A DNA stretch of 64,000 nt from Octopus sinensis (taxonomy: Eukaryota): NCBI RefSeq assembly GCF_006345805.1, contig NC_043012.1, positions 20,956,001-21,020,000 of the forward strand. Direction: 5' to 3'. The position numbers were made by a program, and so were the translations under genes. Within the stretch, counting starts at the first letter, position 1, and every line of letters starts with the position of its first letter. The notes beneath the pieces were generated by a model, which did no database searches, was not told the origin of the DNA, and worked only from the letters and a program-made list of their open reading frames with translations. Of this stretch, positions 23,446 through 37,679 are shown in pieces.

Positions 23446-24319
23446 AGGTGGTACCTTTTTTTACTATAAGTGCAGGCACCAATATGTGGTTAAGAGGCTC
23501 ACTGTTTTCGAGTCCAGTCCTACTGCACGCTAATTTGAGCAAGTGTGTTCTACTAAAGTGATTAGTGGATGAAAGCTATGTGCAAGCCAGTTGTATACAT
23601 ACATATAATTTTGATTTTAATCTTTAAATTGCAAAGCCCCCTTCTTATAGTTGGACATCTATTTCTAGCATTCTAGCTCTCATTATTGGCTGGTAAGCCA
23701 CAGCAAAAAAATAATAATAATAATCCTTTTGACCACACTAAACCCATCTATTTGTCCTTAACTATGTATTTAGCCTTCTACCTCCATTTAATAACCCTTG
23801 ATAGCCATAAAATACCATCTTTATTTCTCCTTGACTTTATCAATCCCTATGAATTCTCATCCCCGTTGAAGAATAATTCCAGCCTCTCTATTATTTATTT
23901 ATCCACTTCTTTTATCTTATTTTATTCCTTATTTTTTATCTTTTATTCTTAATTTTATTCTTTATCTTCTTTATATATGTTTTATCCTTGTTTTTATCGT
24001 TATTTACAAACACTTTCACTCAGATCTACGTATCTATTATGATACCTTTGTCTATCTAACTATCTTTCTCAAATTGTATACTCTTCCTGGTCCCTTCGCT
24101 CCCATGATACCGCATCAGCATTAAGCTGCTACATCTGTTTTCTCAACTAGATGCATCACTCAACCTACTTTCTGAACTATGGACTTACCTGTGATTATAC
24201 GTAAGGAGGTACACCTTCACGGAAATTAGGCTAAAAACCCATTCCCCCCGGAACAGAATGAACTATGAGCCTTAAACTTTGTACTTTTCGCTACATTAAA
24301 TTTTCTCTCTAGAAGATCC

Positions 24320-25310
24320 CTGCAGGGACAAAGATGCTTTTCCGTGACAAAAACTTTGTAATCGAAAGCGCCACGTAACAAAGTGAATTGTCGTGATCCA
24401 GCATCCAGTTGTCTTTGATGTGTGGCCTCATGCAAGCAACGATTCTTAGCAACCTTTCGAGAACCTCACGGGGAAAATGCTGATTGGCCGTCTGTTCTTG
24501 AGGCGCGAATTCTTTATAGACGAGTCCATTGCTGTCACAAGTGAGCATAGTTTTGATTTACTTTTTGCTCATTCCCGCTTTTGTCGGCTGCGGTGAGTTT
24601 GCAATGTGCCACTCCTTACTTTAATGTTTTGCTTCTGGATCGTACTCGAAAGTTCATGATTCAGCACCCGTAATTTCGTTTGTGAGAAAATCTGGGTCGT
24701 TTTCTATCCGTTCCAACGGATTACAACACCCTTCCTGTTTTCTTTTTGCTCAGGAGTGAGATTTTTGGGGAGAAACTGCGCAGAAATTTTCCTCACTCTC
24801 AATTCCTTGGTCAAAACTTGAACTGTAGTGTGGGTAAAATTCAGCTTCTCTGCAATCAAGTTAGCGGTTAACTGACTCTTAGATCGCATGAAGTCTTTGA
24901 CTCGTTCCACATTTTCGTCATTTCTTGAAACTGATGGCCTTCCTGGCAGGGGGACATTTTCAGCAGATTATCGGCCTTGTAAAAAGGATTTGAAACTACT
25001 GACAACCTGTGCTCTTGATAAAGCAGTCTACCCGTAAGCCTGTTGAAGTTTTGCACGAGTTTCATTGACATTTCTGTCCGAGGTTGAAACGAAACTTGAT
25101 CGCACAACGTTCCTCGTAACTGTTCTCGGTCATTTTCAGGGTACACAGAAGAAAATCACTTCGCAAAACGTGCACTATCAGTTCACGTAGTTGCTGCTTG
25201 AACTGAAGATATAGGGGACGCTGATGTGGTAACACCGGGAAGCGGAACCTCGCAGTGTTGCCAGATCGAACACTATGAGACTAGTCTCATTAGTTTATTT
25301 ACAGACCACG
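24320..25310 (-). mobile_element. Decayed, 3'-truncated mariner DNA transposon
   Basis: Minus ORFs LTKELRVRKISAQFLPKNLTPEQKENR (WVPxxL region) and DSNGLVYKEFAPQEQTANQHF...WMLDHDN (second catalytic-D region). The 5' end cgtggtctgtaaataaactaatgagact is preceded by TA. Confidence 0.85.
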
Positions 25311-25376
25311 TATGTATAAATTTACGTATATATATATATATATATATACACAGACACACATATATATATACACACT

Positions 25377-25448
<72 letters not shown>

Positions 25449-25471
25449 CTATATATATATATATATATAAA

Positions 25472-26000
25472 ACAAAGTGAAGTCGTAAGGTACCGCACGA
25501 GTAGAATTATATATGAAAGAAGGTTTGAAAATGCAGTTTTAAAACATGTATATTTACTTCACCGGTTTCATTTCTTTAGGAAAAGATTGTCAAAAGTAAC
25601 ATGTAAAAGCTTTGTTGTGGTAGGTACTGGTTATCACAAAATATTACAATACATATATACATTCTTTGATAATAATACGAAGATGTTAAAAACCGTTTAC
25701 AAGGAAAAATCTTGGGAAAATATAAAAAAGTTCATTAAAATATTGGACACAAAATGTTGCAATACTTATATACATTCTTTGATAATAATACGAAAATGTT
25801 AAAAACAGTTTACAGAAAATTTTTTTTTGAGAAATTATTAACAAGTTCATAAAACCTATGTTTGTTTGGCAGTATCTCTTTATATATACACAGAAAATTA
25901 TAAGTTCAAAAAGGTCATATTTTGGTAGTATATATATACGCAGAAAGAGATATATTTAGTTTTCTAAGAATTTAGAATCAACTGACCTGTTTCACAATTT

Positions 26001-26003
<3 letters not shown>
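25472..26003 (-). mobile_element. AT-rich PLE pseudo-LTR-like fragment between (TA)n tracts, with degenerate hammerhead at 25554-25599
   Basis: Minus UUACUU-UUGACAA-UCUUU(UCCU)AAAGA-AAU-GAAA-CCGG-UG-AAGUAA shows a perfect stem I and palindromic ACCGGU, but G8>A and H17=G. There is an internal ~115-bp direct duplication. Confidence 0.45.
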
Positions 26004-26044
<41 letters not shown>

Positions 26045-26050
<6 letters not shown>

Positions 26051-26238
26051 ATCCAAACAAGAAAACACAAAAAAACACAGCAACGCGAGGACGTGGAACA
26101 AATAAAGTATTATTGGACGCTCAGGAAAGAAGGGAAGGAGCGTTTAACGTTTCGAGCGGAGCTCTTCGTCGGAAACAAAGGAGAAGGAAAGATCCAGAGA
26201 AGGGAAGACAGAGGAAAATAAATTGCTGGCGGTACTTA

Positions 26239-26240
<2 letters not shown>
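26045..26240 (-). mobile_element. Short PLE pseudo-LTR-like element with minimal hammerhead, flanked by (TA)n
   Basis: The 3' end ...cttgtttggattaac joins directly to (TA)n, like the ...tttgaac(TA)n end of 43195-43390. Confidence 0.65.
26142..26176 (-). ncRNA. Minimal type I hammerhead motif
   Basis: GUUU-CCGACGA-A-GAGC(UCC)GCUC-GAAA-CG-UU-AAAC. The core has U4>C, stem III is the palindrome ACGU, and the triplet is GUU. Confidence 0.6.
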
Positions 26241-26273
<33 letters not shown>

Positions 26274-27699
26274 AGTGTGTGTGTGTGTGTGTGGACGTAC
26301 GTAACAGACACACACACATGTCAGTTTTACCTATTTCTCCGTAGATAGAAACTTTGATGAATAGCCATTCGACAATATCTTGGGTTTTCATTGGTGATGT
26401 CTACATCACTTGACCAATTCCAATGAAAGTATAGCCAACCTGTTTATATATACATCAAATCTATTAACTTCAGACACCTGAAGCTCGACAACATTTTACA
26501 AACAATACACGTGTAAGTGAGGAAAACAGTTTTTGTGTGGTTGAGAATGGTTAACAAGTGTCTTCTGTGCAGCCATTGTTTTTGTTACAACGCACCTGCG
26601 TCATATCTCCGTCATATGTATGAATGCCCGTATGTATATGTATAATCATGTGTCTATGTATGCGTACATACATACATACATACATACATACATACATACA
26701 TACATACATACATACATACATACATACTTACATACATACACACATATGTAAACACATCTGGTAAGAGACAGAGATGCGGTGCTGCGAATTGTTTAAAATG
26801 TTTTATTCAATACTTTTCTCTGTATTTATGCCAACCGAGATTCTTTTCTTATTTTTACAAACAAAATAAACACAATTTATTATGCAACTTCGCTTCATCC
26901 ATACCAGAATTTTAAAACTATTTTCACTCACATGGAATTTCGTTTATTCTGTGAACACCAATAACAACAATATCACCAATATTGACATCGACACGGCAAC
27001 TATACGTCTGAGCTATCTTAGAAAACGTAAATAACCATACTCATTTCATCGGGTCTTTGCAATTAAATCAGAATGTTCTTCGATGCTTTCAGAATGCCCG
27101 AGAGCATTCCATGGACGATTACATAAAGTAGTAACAAAAATTCATTCGTCTATCAGCCTCATCCACGCATTATTCCAGTGAGGGCCATGGGAATAGACTC
27201 CTATGTAATTTCGCCATAGGGTCCTATCAGAAGCTATCGTCATTAGGTTTTCCGGCTGCCACCCAAACCGCAACCAAATGAGACTACTGAAAGTATCCTG
27301 TCATCTCGTTCTTGCATTGCTCCTAGGTCTCATGTCGGTTGGGCTTGGCTTGAAGATTCTTGTGATTTTTTTTTCCTGTGACAACCTAATCATATGTCCG
27401 TAGAATTGAAATTGTGACTTGTCAATACGGGGTAGTGTCTCGACTTGGAGTGACTCCCCTGATCTACAAGCTATCGACACAGTCGAGTACCGTTACTCTA
27501 GAAGACCCTTTGGAGGAATTTGGAGGAACCCCATTTCGGCCGTTCCTATTCGCGACCGTCCTCTTTCGTTATTACCCAAAAGTCATATCCACAGGTGAGA
27601 ATACACACAAAAAAAAACAAGTTTAGAGAAGATAACTTTTAAAATATTAGGACGAATAACACCAAAGTTACGCCACTTAACAGCTTCACAGCTGCTACA

Positions 27700-30290
27700 A
27701 CAGGTGTTTCTTTAACCGGAAAATGGCTGTTTCAAACGGTAATAGATAGTCAGAATTCAGGTAATACTACTCATCTTACTATCAATATTCCAAACCAACA
27801 AAAAATGTCACTGAAATCGGCAAAAACAGACACTGGTAGCGCATTCATCAGACGACTCTATCGGATAGTTATCTCCGTTTACTTACTCGGAAGAGGTAAC
27901 TATGGAGTAAAACGCAGCTGAAAAAACTCTTTGTAAACAACTTTACCTGCTTCTATAATCTATCCTTAAACAACAGAGCTTTTAAGATGAGAGTTGGAAG
28001 AAGACTAACTACTCTCTTGATAAAAGTTATGAATACTGTCGGAGAATCTTTAAAAAATGTGAAAATAACACACGTATCGGAATATCGCTGCCTACCTGTC
28101 TGTATACCTCTGTTGTTACTCTGAAGGAACATCTGGGAGATATTTGCTTAAACGACAGAAGTGAAATAACCCATCACAAGCAGCCCAGCTGGATAAGATC
28201 GCCAGAAGAAGTTACAAAGCTTTTATGACGCAGAATAAGGCATTGAAATGCTAAAGATGGCGTTAAGTTCACAGCACACCACTAACTCCCGAGAAAGCAA
28301 ACAAAGATGTAAGGAAATTTTACTCTAAATCTTAGGAAAGGTTAAAGAAAGTATCACAATGAACCAGCATAAACTAGAAGTTCTCTTTTAACCTGAAAGT
28401 TGCACACAGAAAGAGATTAAAAGGGAAAATGTCATGAAAATGGCTTCTTCACAGGAAGATCTAAACTTATTCAGGTTTATGATCCGAAACAAAAGCAAGG
28501 ATTTTTTAGGGGAATGCAGCATGACTAGATATAATAAATCGACAATACTGCAGCAACATCAACAATAAAACATACAATTCCAGATGAAACTTATCCCAAT
28601 TTTATTGGAACGCTACTTAAATAGAAGGCACCAGGAAGAAACCTCATAGTCGGATATTGTTTAAAGTATTTTACTTGTTATAGGAAGGGACTTATTAAAA
28701 ATAGAATATAAAATATCAGATAGACATACATGAACAAGTATTGTGGAAAAGGTGGTAAACACTGTTTCAGTAGAGAGTTATCGCTCCATAGCCTGTCTTA
28801 ACATTACGTGCAAATTGTACCCAAGCCTTTTCGAGTTCAACTATATTGTTGCTGACGAGCAGACATAAAGGGAAGAGTATTGGGATGCGCGGAACAATTG
28901 TTGGTAAAGGAATCTTTACTTTTTGATGGAGAAAAATTCCGCAGAAACGCTGAAAGGCATTTGAATTCATTTCATACGCATAGCAACTGAAATCTCAACA
29001 GCTGGCAAAAGTATTGCTACTTAGTTGCTGCCAACGAAAGCTTCACGAAGATCTAGTCCACAATCTCCACATTATAAGTGAAAGTGGAACAACTGTCTCT
29101 GATAGCTGAAAGAGGAACAATTGTCTCTGATTCTATTAATGTTTCAACTGGAATTCCAAGCAAGTCTGTCAGTGTTTCTGATTATTTTGGTCCTAAATCC
29201 CTTGTCATTCCCTCTACAAATATCTGCTTGTTATATCTAAGGGTCTGCGACAGCAAGACATATAAATATTAAATATTAAATATTGCCATAATTTATTCGT
29301 ATAAGATTTAAGGACCTGTGCAATAACAACAACAACAATAATAGTAATATTAAAAACGATGCTACTACTACTACTACTACTACTACAACTAATAATAATA
29401 ATAATAATAATAATGATAATAATAATATAAAACAAATACAACAGTAAATATAATAGTAATATTAATTATAAGTTTTAGAAATAGTGAAGAAAATGCCGAT
29501 GATGATGATGATGGCGATGATGATGAGGATGAAGGTGATGATGGCGATGCTGCTGCTGCTGCTGATGGTGATGTTGATGATGATGATGATGATGATGATA
29601 TATAGCACAAAAAATGCACAATTTTCTAATACAACAGCAATAATAGTAATAATGATAATTATGACGAGAAATTTATATGATGATGATGGTGATGATGATG
29701 ATGATGATGACGACGACGACGACGACGGCGACGATAATAAATTAACGTTAAATAACGTCACAGTTAATTGAGAAAGTGATTGTTGGACTTATATTTTCTG
29801 CTGATAGAGGAAAGGGGTCAGACCAAAAGAAGTGTTCTTCTTTAAAAATTAAACAGGATACAACAGCTCCCTAAAGCTGAAATCTTTGTGTCAATGAACA
29901 AAATGAGTGCAACAAGTACCAAATATTATTATCCCAGACTTTAAAAGATATGGAGATCAGAGGTTTTCATTAGAAGAAGACATTATTTTATGATCCATAA
30001 AACTACCAATATTTGGGGTAATCGACTGGTCTATTGATTAAAACCATGCTTTAGACCGTCAAACCAGCAAAATATTGACAATGATTCCAAATTTCCACAG
30101 AAGCAGCAATGTCTATAAATGCAGTCTGAAAAGAAATGCAGTATAATAATAACAGACAGACGTTGAGGGCCGTATAACTACGTTCACACAGCAACAATAG
30201 CAGCAAAATGCAATACATCAAACATCAAACAAGTGCTGAAAAGTGAAGTGAACAAGACCTTAAGGCTTTACAATGGACTCCTCAAGATAT
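27700..30290 (+). mobile_element. Long, heavily decayed R4/Dong-like non-LTR retrotransposon, interrupted by a microsatellite block (~29280-29770)
   Basis: Plus-strand motifs KQPSWIRSPEEVTKL (~28178), ESYRSIACLNITCKLY (28773), GRVLGCAEQLLV (~28871) and FGVIDWSID*NHALDRQTSKILTMIPNFHRSSNV (30012) appear in the expected R4-clade RT order. Confidence 0.7.
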
Positions 30291-30564
30291 ATGCACTCCT
30301 GATCTCCTCACCTACGGACCCAGAGGTACATATACAAACACGAAAACACAAATATATACATTTGTATGTATGTATAAGCATTTGTGGAGATGGACCTCCG
30401 TTTCTCGACAAAGATCATTCAATTGTTCGAATAGAATTATCTGCTCCTGAATTCACATGTCAATGCTTCAGCATTTCACAGACACATATCTCTAGAGGTA
30501 GAATCAACGTGATATAATGTGTAAAAAAAGCCGTGTCAGTTTTTGCCCCAAATTAATTATAGAT

Positions 30565-30724
30565 ATAGGTGCAGATGGTTTTGGGTTCCGTCCTACAGAG
30601 TGGCATGGTCAAGTGTCTTCTACAACAGTCCCGAGCGACCAAAGCTTCGTGAGTAAATTTGGAAACTGAAAGAAGCCCGTCATATATGTGTGCATATAAT
30701 GTGTGTGTGTGTGAGAGAGAGAGG

Positions 30725-30771
<47 letters not shown>

Positions 30772-30875
30772 GGTGTTTGCTGTTGTCATCCACCACCGCT
30801 TGGTTTCCTTATCTCTCGTAACTTAGCGGCTCGGCGAAAAGATAGTGATAGAACGAACACCAGACTTTTCAAGAT
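30565..30875 (+). mobile_element. Diverged SINE family A
   Basis: gggttccgtcctacagagtggcatggtcaagtgtcttctac...gaaactgaaagaagcccgtc...cgtaacttagcggctcggcgaaaag. Confidence 0.7.
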
Positions 30876-32243
30876 GTCTGTTTACTCCGTAAGACTTTTT
30901 TGAATCGGTGTCCCAGTATGACATCAATCCAAGGAATGAAAGAAGTAAATGTCACATTGTATCCGTAGGTACGTACGTACGTAAGTATGTACGTATGTAT
31001 GCATGTATTTGTGCATGTATATAAGTACGCAAGCATGCGTGAGCGTATGTATGTATGCATGTGTGTAGGTATGCATGCATGTATGCTGGCATGTATTGAG
31101 AACTTTATATTCTTCAGATAACTGCCACATCGTATTCACTATGAATTCGTGTGGATGGATGTATGCGCAGATCTTCGGAATTCTATATTAACAATAGAAA
31201 AATGTTCAGAATTTCTGTATGTTGGTGCGTATTGTATTTTCATATACTTTTTTCTTAATCTCTTGTATCGCTTCCTTTATTCTCATATTTATTTGTTTAT
31301 TCACTTATTCACTTTCACATTCAATTTATTTATTCTATCTGTTCTTATTCATATTAATATTCCAACTGTACCTTCTGGTGGAATACGAACACATGTAACT
31401 TAATGAACTAATCGTCACGAGACAATGAACAAAAGAACGGTGTTAATACGTGCTTCTAACTTCGGGATTGTAAATTTGTTTTCATGCGATCGCAACGAAA
31501 TTCTTTTCTCGTTCATTCTACACACATTCAGACTTAAAATTGCGTTATTCTCATCATTAGTTACATATATAATCACTCACAAAATTCATATAAGAACACA
31601 TGCAAAGACTTCTACCTACAGGGACACATACACGTACGCACAAATAGACACATATTCGCATAGACACAAACATTCTAATACAGTCATATGACGTAAATTT
31701 GTGTGCACGTGTGTGTGTGTGTATGTGTTTGTATTAGAGACCAACACGATACGTGCGTGTGAGCGTTATTGTTAATTTCATACCTTTAGCGCCAATAGCA
31801 CATGTGAAGACAGTTCGCTTTCAAATGAAAATTAAAACGACGTGGTCGAGTCGACTACCCAATTGTTCTCCTGTCCAATTATACACAGGCAGCTGCAATA
31901 AAACGAAAAGAAGCGCATTTTAAATAAGGTTCATACTAACAGTTACAGACAGTAGAAACTTATCTTCAAACTAAAACTAATCGCCAAAATAATGCTGTTA
32001 CGTTTTTCGTACTTAACGCGTTTCAGTCAAAGTAGTGCGGTCATACTGAAGCAAAAGTTTCAGTGATTTCACCATTTTTCCTGTTTTCTTTTATCATATT
32101 AATCAGAAATTTAATTTTAGTAGGGTGCAAATTCTGTCGATTGAGATTTATCACGCCGGTAAATTTTGCTTTCAATTTAACGACCGGTTTTTGTGAACAA
32201 AGAAACATAAACACACATACAAAACTCTCTCTCACTCTCACTA

Positions 32244-32291
<48 letters not shown>

Positions 32292-32322
32292 GCTGAAACA
32301 ATCACACTTACATACACACACA

Positions 32323-32387
<65 letters not shown>

Positions 32388-32507
32388 ATATATATATTGA
32401 ATTATATGGATAATACCACACTGAATCCTGGTACCTTTGACTTAAGTACCATATTCAACTGAAGTGGATGTTGGTCTCAATACTCACTGCATTGGCACGC
32501 CCTAAAG

Positions 32508-32734
32508 CAGAGTTTCCCAAACTTTTTCGGGCTGGTGCCCCTTTGACACCCAGGTCATATTCCTAGCGCCTCCACCCTAACTAACTATCACAAACATAGA
32601 CCTCTTTCTGAAGCAAACTCAAAGCAACTGAATCGCTACCTTATTATCTCCCTACTTTTCTTCAACGTCCCCTTGGGACATTCCACTGCCCCCAAGGGGA
32701 CCCAAACGAATAGCGCCCACTTTGGGAACCACTG
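32508..32734. mobile_element. hAT-superfamily MITE (227 bp)
   Basis: TIRs cagagtttcccaaact and actttgggaaccactg; 8-bp TSD ccctaaag / ccataaag (7 of 8 match). Confidence 0.85.
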
Positions 32735-32759
32735 CCATAAAGCCTCCGCGCCAGGAGTA

Positions 32760-33340
32760 TGATTCATTCCGTAGATGCCAGGATGTTTCTCAATCACTGC
32801 TGATGATAGTGCTCTAGTGTTTTCGTTTGCAAGATCGGTGGTATCTCGACATTACCTAAACGGTCTTGTTATGAGGCTACCCTTGTTTCACACGAAAGTA
32901 ATTGACATGTCAACACGCAGGCGTTGAAGACTACCGTCTTGGTATTAGTTTTGGAGCCTCTCTGAGATCAGGCTCGAACCTTCAGAGCGACAATGGAATC
33001 AGTGACCCTTTTTATTCGTGCACTGATCTCTTCGTCTAAAGAGAAGTATCGCTCCATAGTGCTGTCCAAGTAAGTAAACTTACCAACCACTTTCAGTTTG
33101 TGGCCACCGGCAAAGATAGCCTGGTCTATGTATGGCAATCTAGGCGTAAGTTGGTGCCTTACAACAGTTCTTTCAAAGCTGTGAGGCCAAAGGTGTTGCA
33201 GAATGTGAACCCAGGTTACAGTCATCGACATACAAGTGGTCACAAACCAAAGACGGGAGAGACTTAATCTTTTCCACAAAACACCGAATATTGAGGAGTC
33301 GATCTGTTGTTCGATATTATATATACACATCTTCATCGCA
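32760..33340 (-). mobile_element. Decayed RTE (BovB-like) LINE RT fragment
   Basis: Minus ORF IFAGGHKLKVVGKFTYLDSTMERYFSLDEEISARIKRV matches the RTE motif LExVxKFxYLGS....DxEIxxRIxKA. Confidence 0.8.
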
Positions 33341-33433
33341 GTCACTGAAAATGTACATGAGAACTACAGGGATGAAGATCGAGGTTATTGTTGGAGCAAC
33401 ATATATTTGGAAGTATGTACATGTGCACGCATG

Positions 33434-33480
<47 letters not shown>

Positions 33481-33734
33481 ACATATGCATTCACACACAT
33501 ACCCACTGACACATATTTATCGTATGTATGTATATATGTAAGTATTATGGTTAGCATTACTTTGGTCTAATGGTAGTAAATCTGTCGCGTTTACGGAAGA
33601 TGTGGGTTTGCGTCCAACAGATAGACCATGACGTTTTAATTCCATGGGTGTTCTAACCTAATAATTTTACATTATTATCTATAGCTTTATCTACTACCAG
33701 ATTCACAGTTCCAAAAAAGTAATTAGATAGATAG

Positions 33735-34095
<361 letters not shown>

Positions 34096-34621
34096 ATACA
34101 CAACGTTTCCTTGTACACTTTTAGTTTATCAAATTTCTGGTATGATGTATTGATCAAACCAAGATCAATTCTAGGAGTATAAAATGTATATGGACGCAGC
34201 AAGTAATTATGCAAACATAATCCCTTGTTTTGATTCCACTTTGTGACATCTTTTTAAGTGTCGTTTACCATAACCTTGAATCGATCGGATCTCTATGAAT
34301 AAAATTGAATAGATGGTCAAGCACTAAAAGCTTATCAGATGGAACGTGCGTCACACACTGTCATGTTAACTCTAACTGAACATCACGTGTCAGGGACAGT
34401 GGAGTGGCGAGATATTTCATACAGCTTTATTTATATTACACTAGGAATTTCAATCCCCTAAAAGTCGCAGTGTATCGTATTCGTTTATGGTTGATATGAA
34501 AACTAGGATTAGTAACACGGCAGATACTGTTCGATGGTGAATGACTCCTGTAACATCAGATTCGAATTTCTTTGAAACGTTTGGATCGAACCATAATTGA
34601 CCTCACTATTTTATGTATAGA

Positions 34622-34830
34622 TTGGCATATTTCGGTCATATTATGCGGGGAAAATCCCTGGAGAAGGACATCATGCTCGGAATGGTCAGTGGCAAGAGAG
34701 GAAGAGGCCGACCAAAAGTGATACCGGAATGGACATAGCCAATCTGAAAGAAGCGGCCCATGATAGAACTGACTGGAGGACACTGATCGAACGAGTGACC
34801 GAGAGTCGACTTCGACTGAACGGATAGATA
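34622..34830 (+). mobile_element. 3' end of an RTE-clade LINE with internal deletion and (TAGA)n tail
   Basis: ctggagaaggacatcatgctcggaatggtcagtggcaagagaggaagaggccga...gagagtcgacttcgactgaacggatagatagata; homologous to 23165-23445. Confidence 0.85.
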
Positions 34831-35974
34831 GATACATTTTATGTATGTGTGTATATGGATTTACACATACATACTACAACCATATCATAGACGTTTTTAA
34901 CATTTGCTTGCAGATTGCGGCCTCGCTGGTGTAAGGCCTTGAAGAGTCAGATTGAGCTGCAATACTTATTTTCAAGTTTATTACTTATTCCTTCAGTACA
35001 TTTTGTCGAAATCCCCAATTTACGGGTTACGCAAGCAAACAAACGTGAGGTGCCAAGCGGTATGAACGAACAAACAGCCACAATGACATGCTGACTTCCA
35101 CACAATTTCCGTCCACTCAAGAGTCACTGGTTGGACCTGAGCTATAATAGATGGTACCTGTTCAGGTTGCCGTGCCGTGGGGCTGAACCCGAAAATGCAG
35201 TGATTGTATACTGAGTTTCTTATTTACACAGCTACATAGATATCTGTGTATTTGTGTGTATGTATAACATCCTTTTTGGGGCCAGCCTCTATTATCTGTG
35301 AGACGATAATCTATGACTACAAGTTGTTACATCATTGACATATAGCCTAACAAACAAATTTAATTACTTATAATCATAATTTCACATTGATTCCTCTGGT
35401 GTGGGATGGATGGACCTAAAATTAGTATATATCGGTAGATCTATACACAACTAGATATATAGGATGCGTAATGGACAGAATTAGGTTTGTTTTCACTGCT
35501 GTTTGTTCCCGATCAGTACTGGTCGATAGGATGTATGATTAAAGAAGTTCTACTCTTGACCTATCGGATTTTGTGTTCTTCATAGACCTATTATATTTAG
35601 GATTACATTATCCAATATGTCCTTTTTCCCCAAGACACTACAATGTAGTTTCTGAGAGAGTATAGCTCTCATTTCTTATGGGCAAAGAATCGACACAGAC
35701 GCTACTTAATTTGATAAACAAACAGAACTGTTGTTGGTATTGTTGTTTTTGAATGTAAACGAGGCTTTCACTAACCACATGGATGAATAACGTCGTTCTA
35801 GTTTTGACCATCCCAACGTATTTTCCCCAAATAGTAATTATCTATTGTTATCTTTTGTTATATGCGTTTCGGTCACTGGACTGCGGCCACGCTTGAGCAC
35901 CGTCTTGAAGCATTTTGTCCAACAAATCGACCGCAGTATTTATTTTGTATTCAAGTGTGGTATTTATTCTCTTT

Positions 35975-36165
35975 TACATTTTACTCTTTTACTCCTTTCA
36001 GTCATTTGAGTGCGGCCATGCTGGAACACCACCTTTAGTCGAAGAAATCGACCCCAGGACATATTCTTTGTAAGCCTAGTACTTATTCTATCGGTCTCTT
36101 TTTCCGAACCGCTAAGTTACGAAGACGTAAACAAACCATTGGTTGTCAGGACAAATACACACACA
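35975..36165 (-). mobile_element. SINE family A, 3' half
   Basis: ttttactc...cagtcatttgagtgcggccatgctgg...cgaccccaggac...ccgaaccgctaagttacg. Confidence 0.8.
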
Positions 36166-36193
36166 CATATACACACATACACACACACACACA

Positions 36194-36307
<114 letters not shown>

Positions 36308-36510
36308 ATGTATATATATATATATAAAATTAGAAAAAAAACACCTTTTATCAATTCAAAATGAACAATAAATTACACCATCTAGAAAATTACGTATAAT
36401 AGAAATATTAACATTAAAATAACAATAAAATGTCAATGATTAAGTAAATTCCCTAACAAAAATAATAATAATAATAATAATGTATATAAAATGTTATTCC
36501 CTCAAATATT

Positions 36511-36548
<38 letters not shown>

Positions 36549-36550
36549 TA

Positions 36551-36591
<41 letters not shown>

Positions 36592-36844
36592 ACGTTTTGC
36601 AGCATAGTTCTTCGTCTTTCTGTCTCAACTTTAGGAAATCAGAGAAATATATGAATTTGGATAAGTATTTAGAAAGAATGCCATCGCAATAGATGAAGTC
36701 CCTTTCCTGTGGCGCTGTGCAGAGGAACTGAACCCGAAGCCACGTATTTACAAAACGTGCTTTTTACCATGTAACCGTGCTTGCATCTACTACATTTCAA
36801 TTTTCAGATGTTGGAGATGGACCTCACCTACATAAATATCCTTT

Positions 36845-37192
36845 TCTACCATAGACACAAGGCCTGAAATTTTGGTGAGGGGGATAGTCAATTTAATCTA
36901 CTCCAATGCGTAACTGGTACTTATTTCATCGACCCCGAAAGGATGAAAGGCAAAGTCGACCGCGGCGGAATTTGAACTCAGAACGTAACAGCAGACAAAA
37001 TACCTATTTCTTTACTACCCACAAGGGGCTACACACAGAGAGGACAAACAAGGACAGACACACGGGTTAAGTCCCCGAAAGGATGAATGGCAAAGTCGAC
37101 CTCGGCGGAATTTGAACTCAGAACGTAGCGGCAGACGAAATACCGCTAAGCATTTCGCCCGGCGTGCTAACGTTTCTGCCAGCTCGCCGCCT
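36845..37192 (-). mobile_element. SINE family B, head-to-tail partial dimer
   Basis: Two ggcaaagtcgacc...gaatttgaactcagaacgta blocks; intact head ending ...ctgccagctcgccgcctt. Confidence 0.85.
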
Positions 37193-37543
37193 TAAACTAC
37201 ACGGATATCACTCGTCAGTCGACTCCTTCAAAACCCAAAGGACCGCTGCCTATCATTCCCTAGGTAACCCAAGAAAAATAAAAACTCGTATGTACAATAC
37301 AACATGTTACTTTTCATTCTTACTTTGCGCTGTACGAGTTACTATATTTCAGGAAGGGTAAGTTCCTCACTCGGTAAGATAGGAACTCTGCAAGACCTAA
37401 AATCGGAATACAGGCATGTTTTGAGAAGGCCAAATATGTAACACTGGACCTTTACTTTTAATCAAAATAATTAAGCTACAATGGCTTACATTATTTACAT
37501 TATTTACATTTGACGAATATTTGTCCTCATCTTGTTTGTTGTT

Positions 37544-37586
37544 AACACGTTTTGGCTGATATACCGTCCAGCTTTCATCAGGTGTC
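37544..37586 (-). ncRNA. Degenerate minimal hammerhead (left arm)
   Basis: GACAC-CUGAUGA-A-AGCUG(GACGGUAUAU)CAGCC-AAAA-C-GUGUU; GAAA>AAAA and a short deletion in stem III. Confidence 0.5.
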
Positions 37587-37679
37587 TTGGGGAGATTTCT
37601 AACCTGGGTTCTCATTCCTAAGGAATTTTTCGATGTTATTGCTGTTGTTGTTATTATAATTATTATTATTATTATTATT

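Noticed and set aside
23700-24180. Possible very old PLE 3' end with cagc-attaa-gctg stem
   Set aside because: No CUGANGA core or GAAA, and the peptide similarity is too weak.
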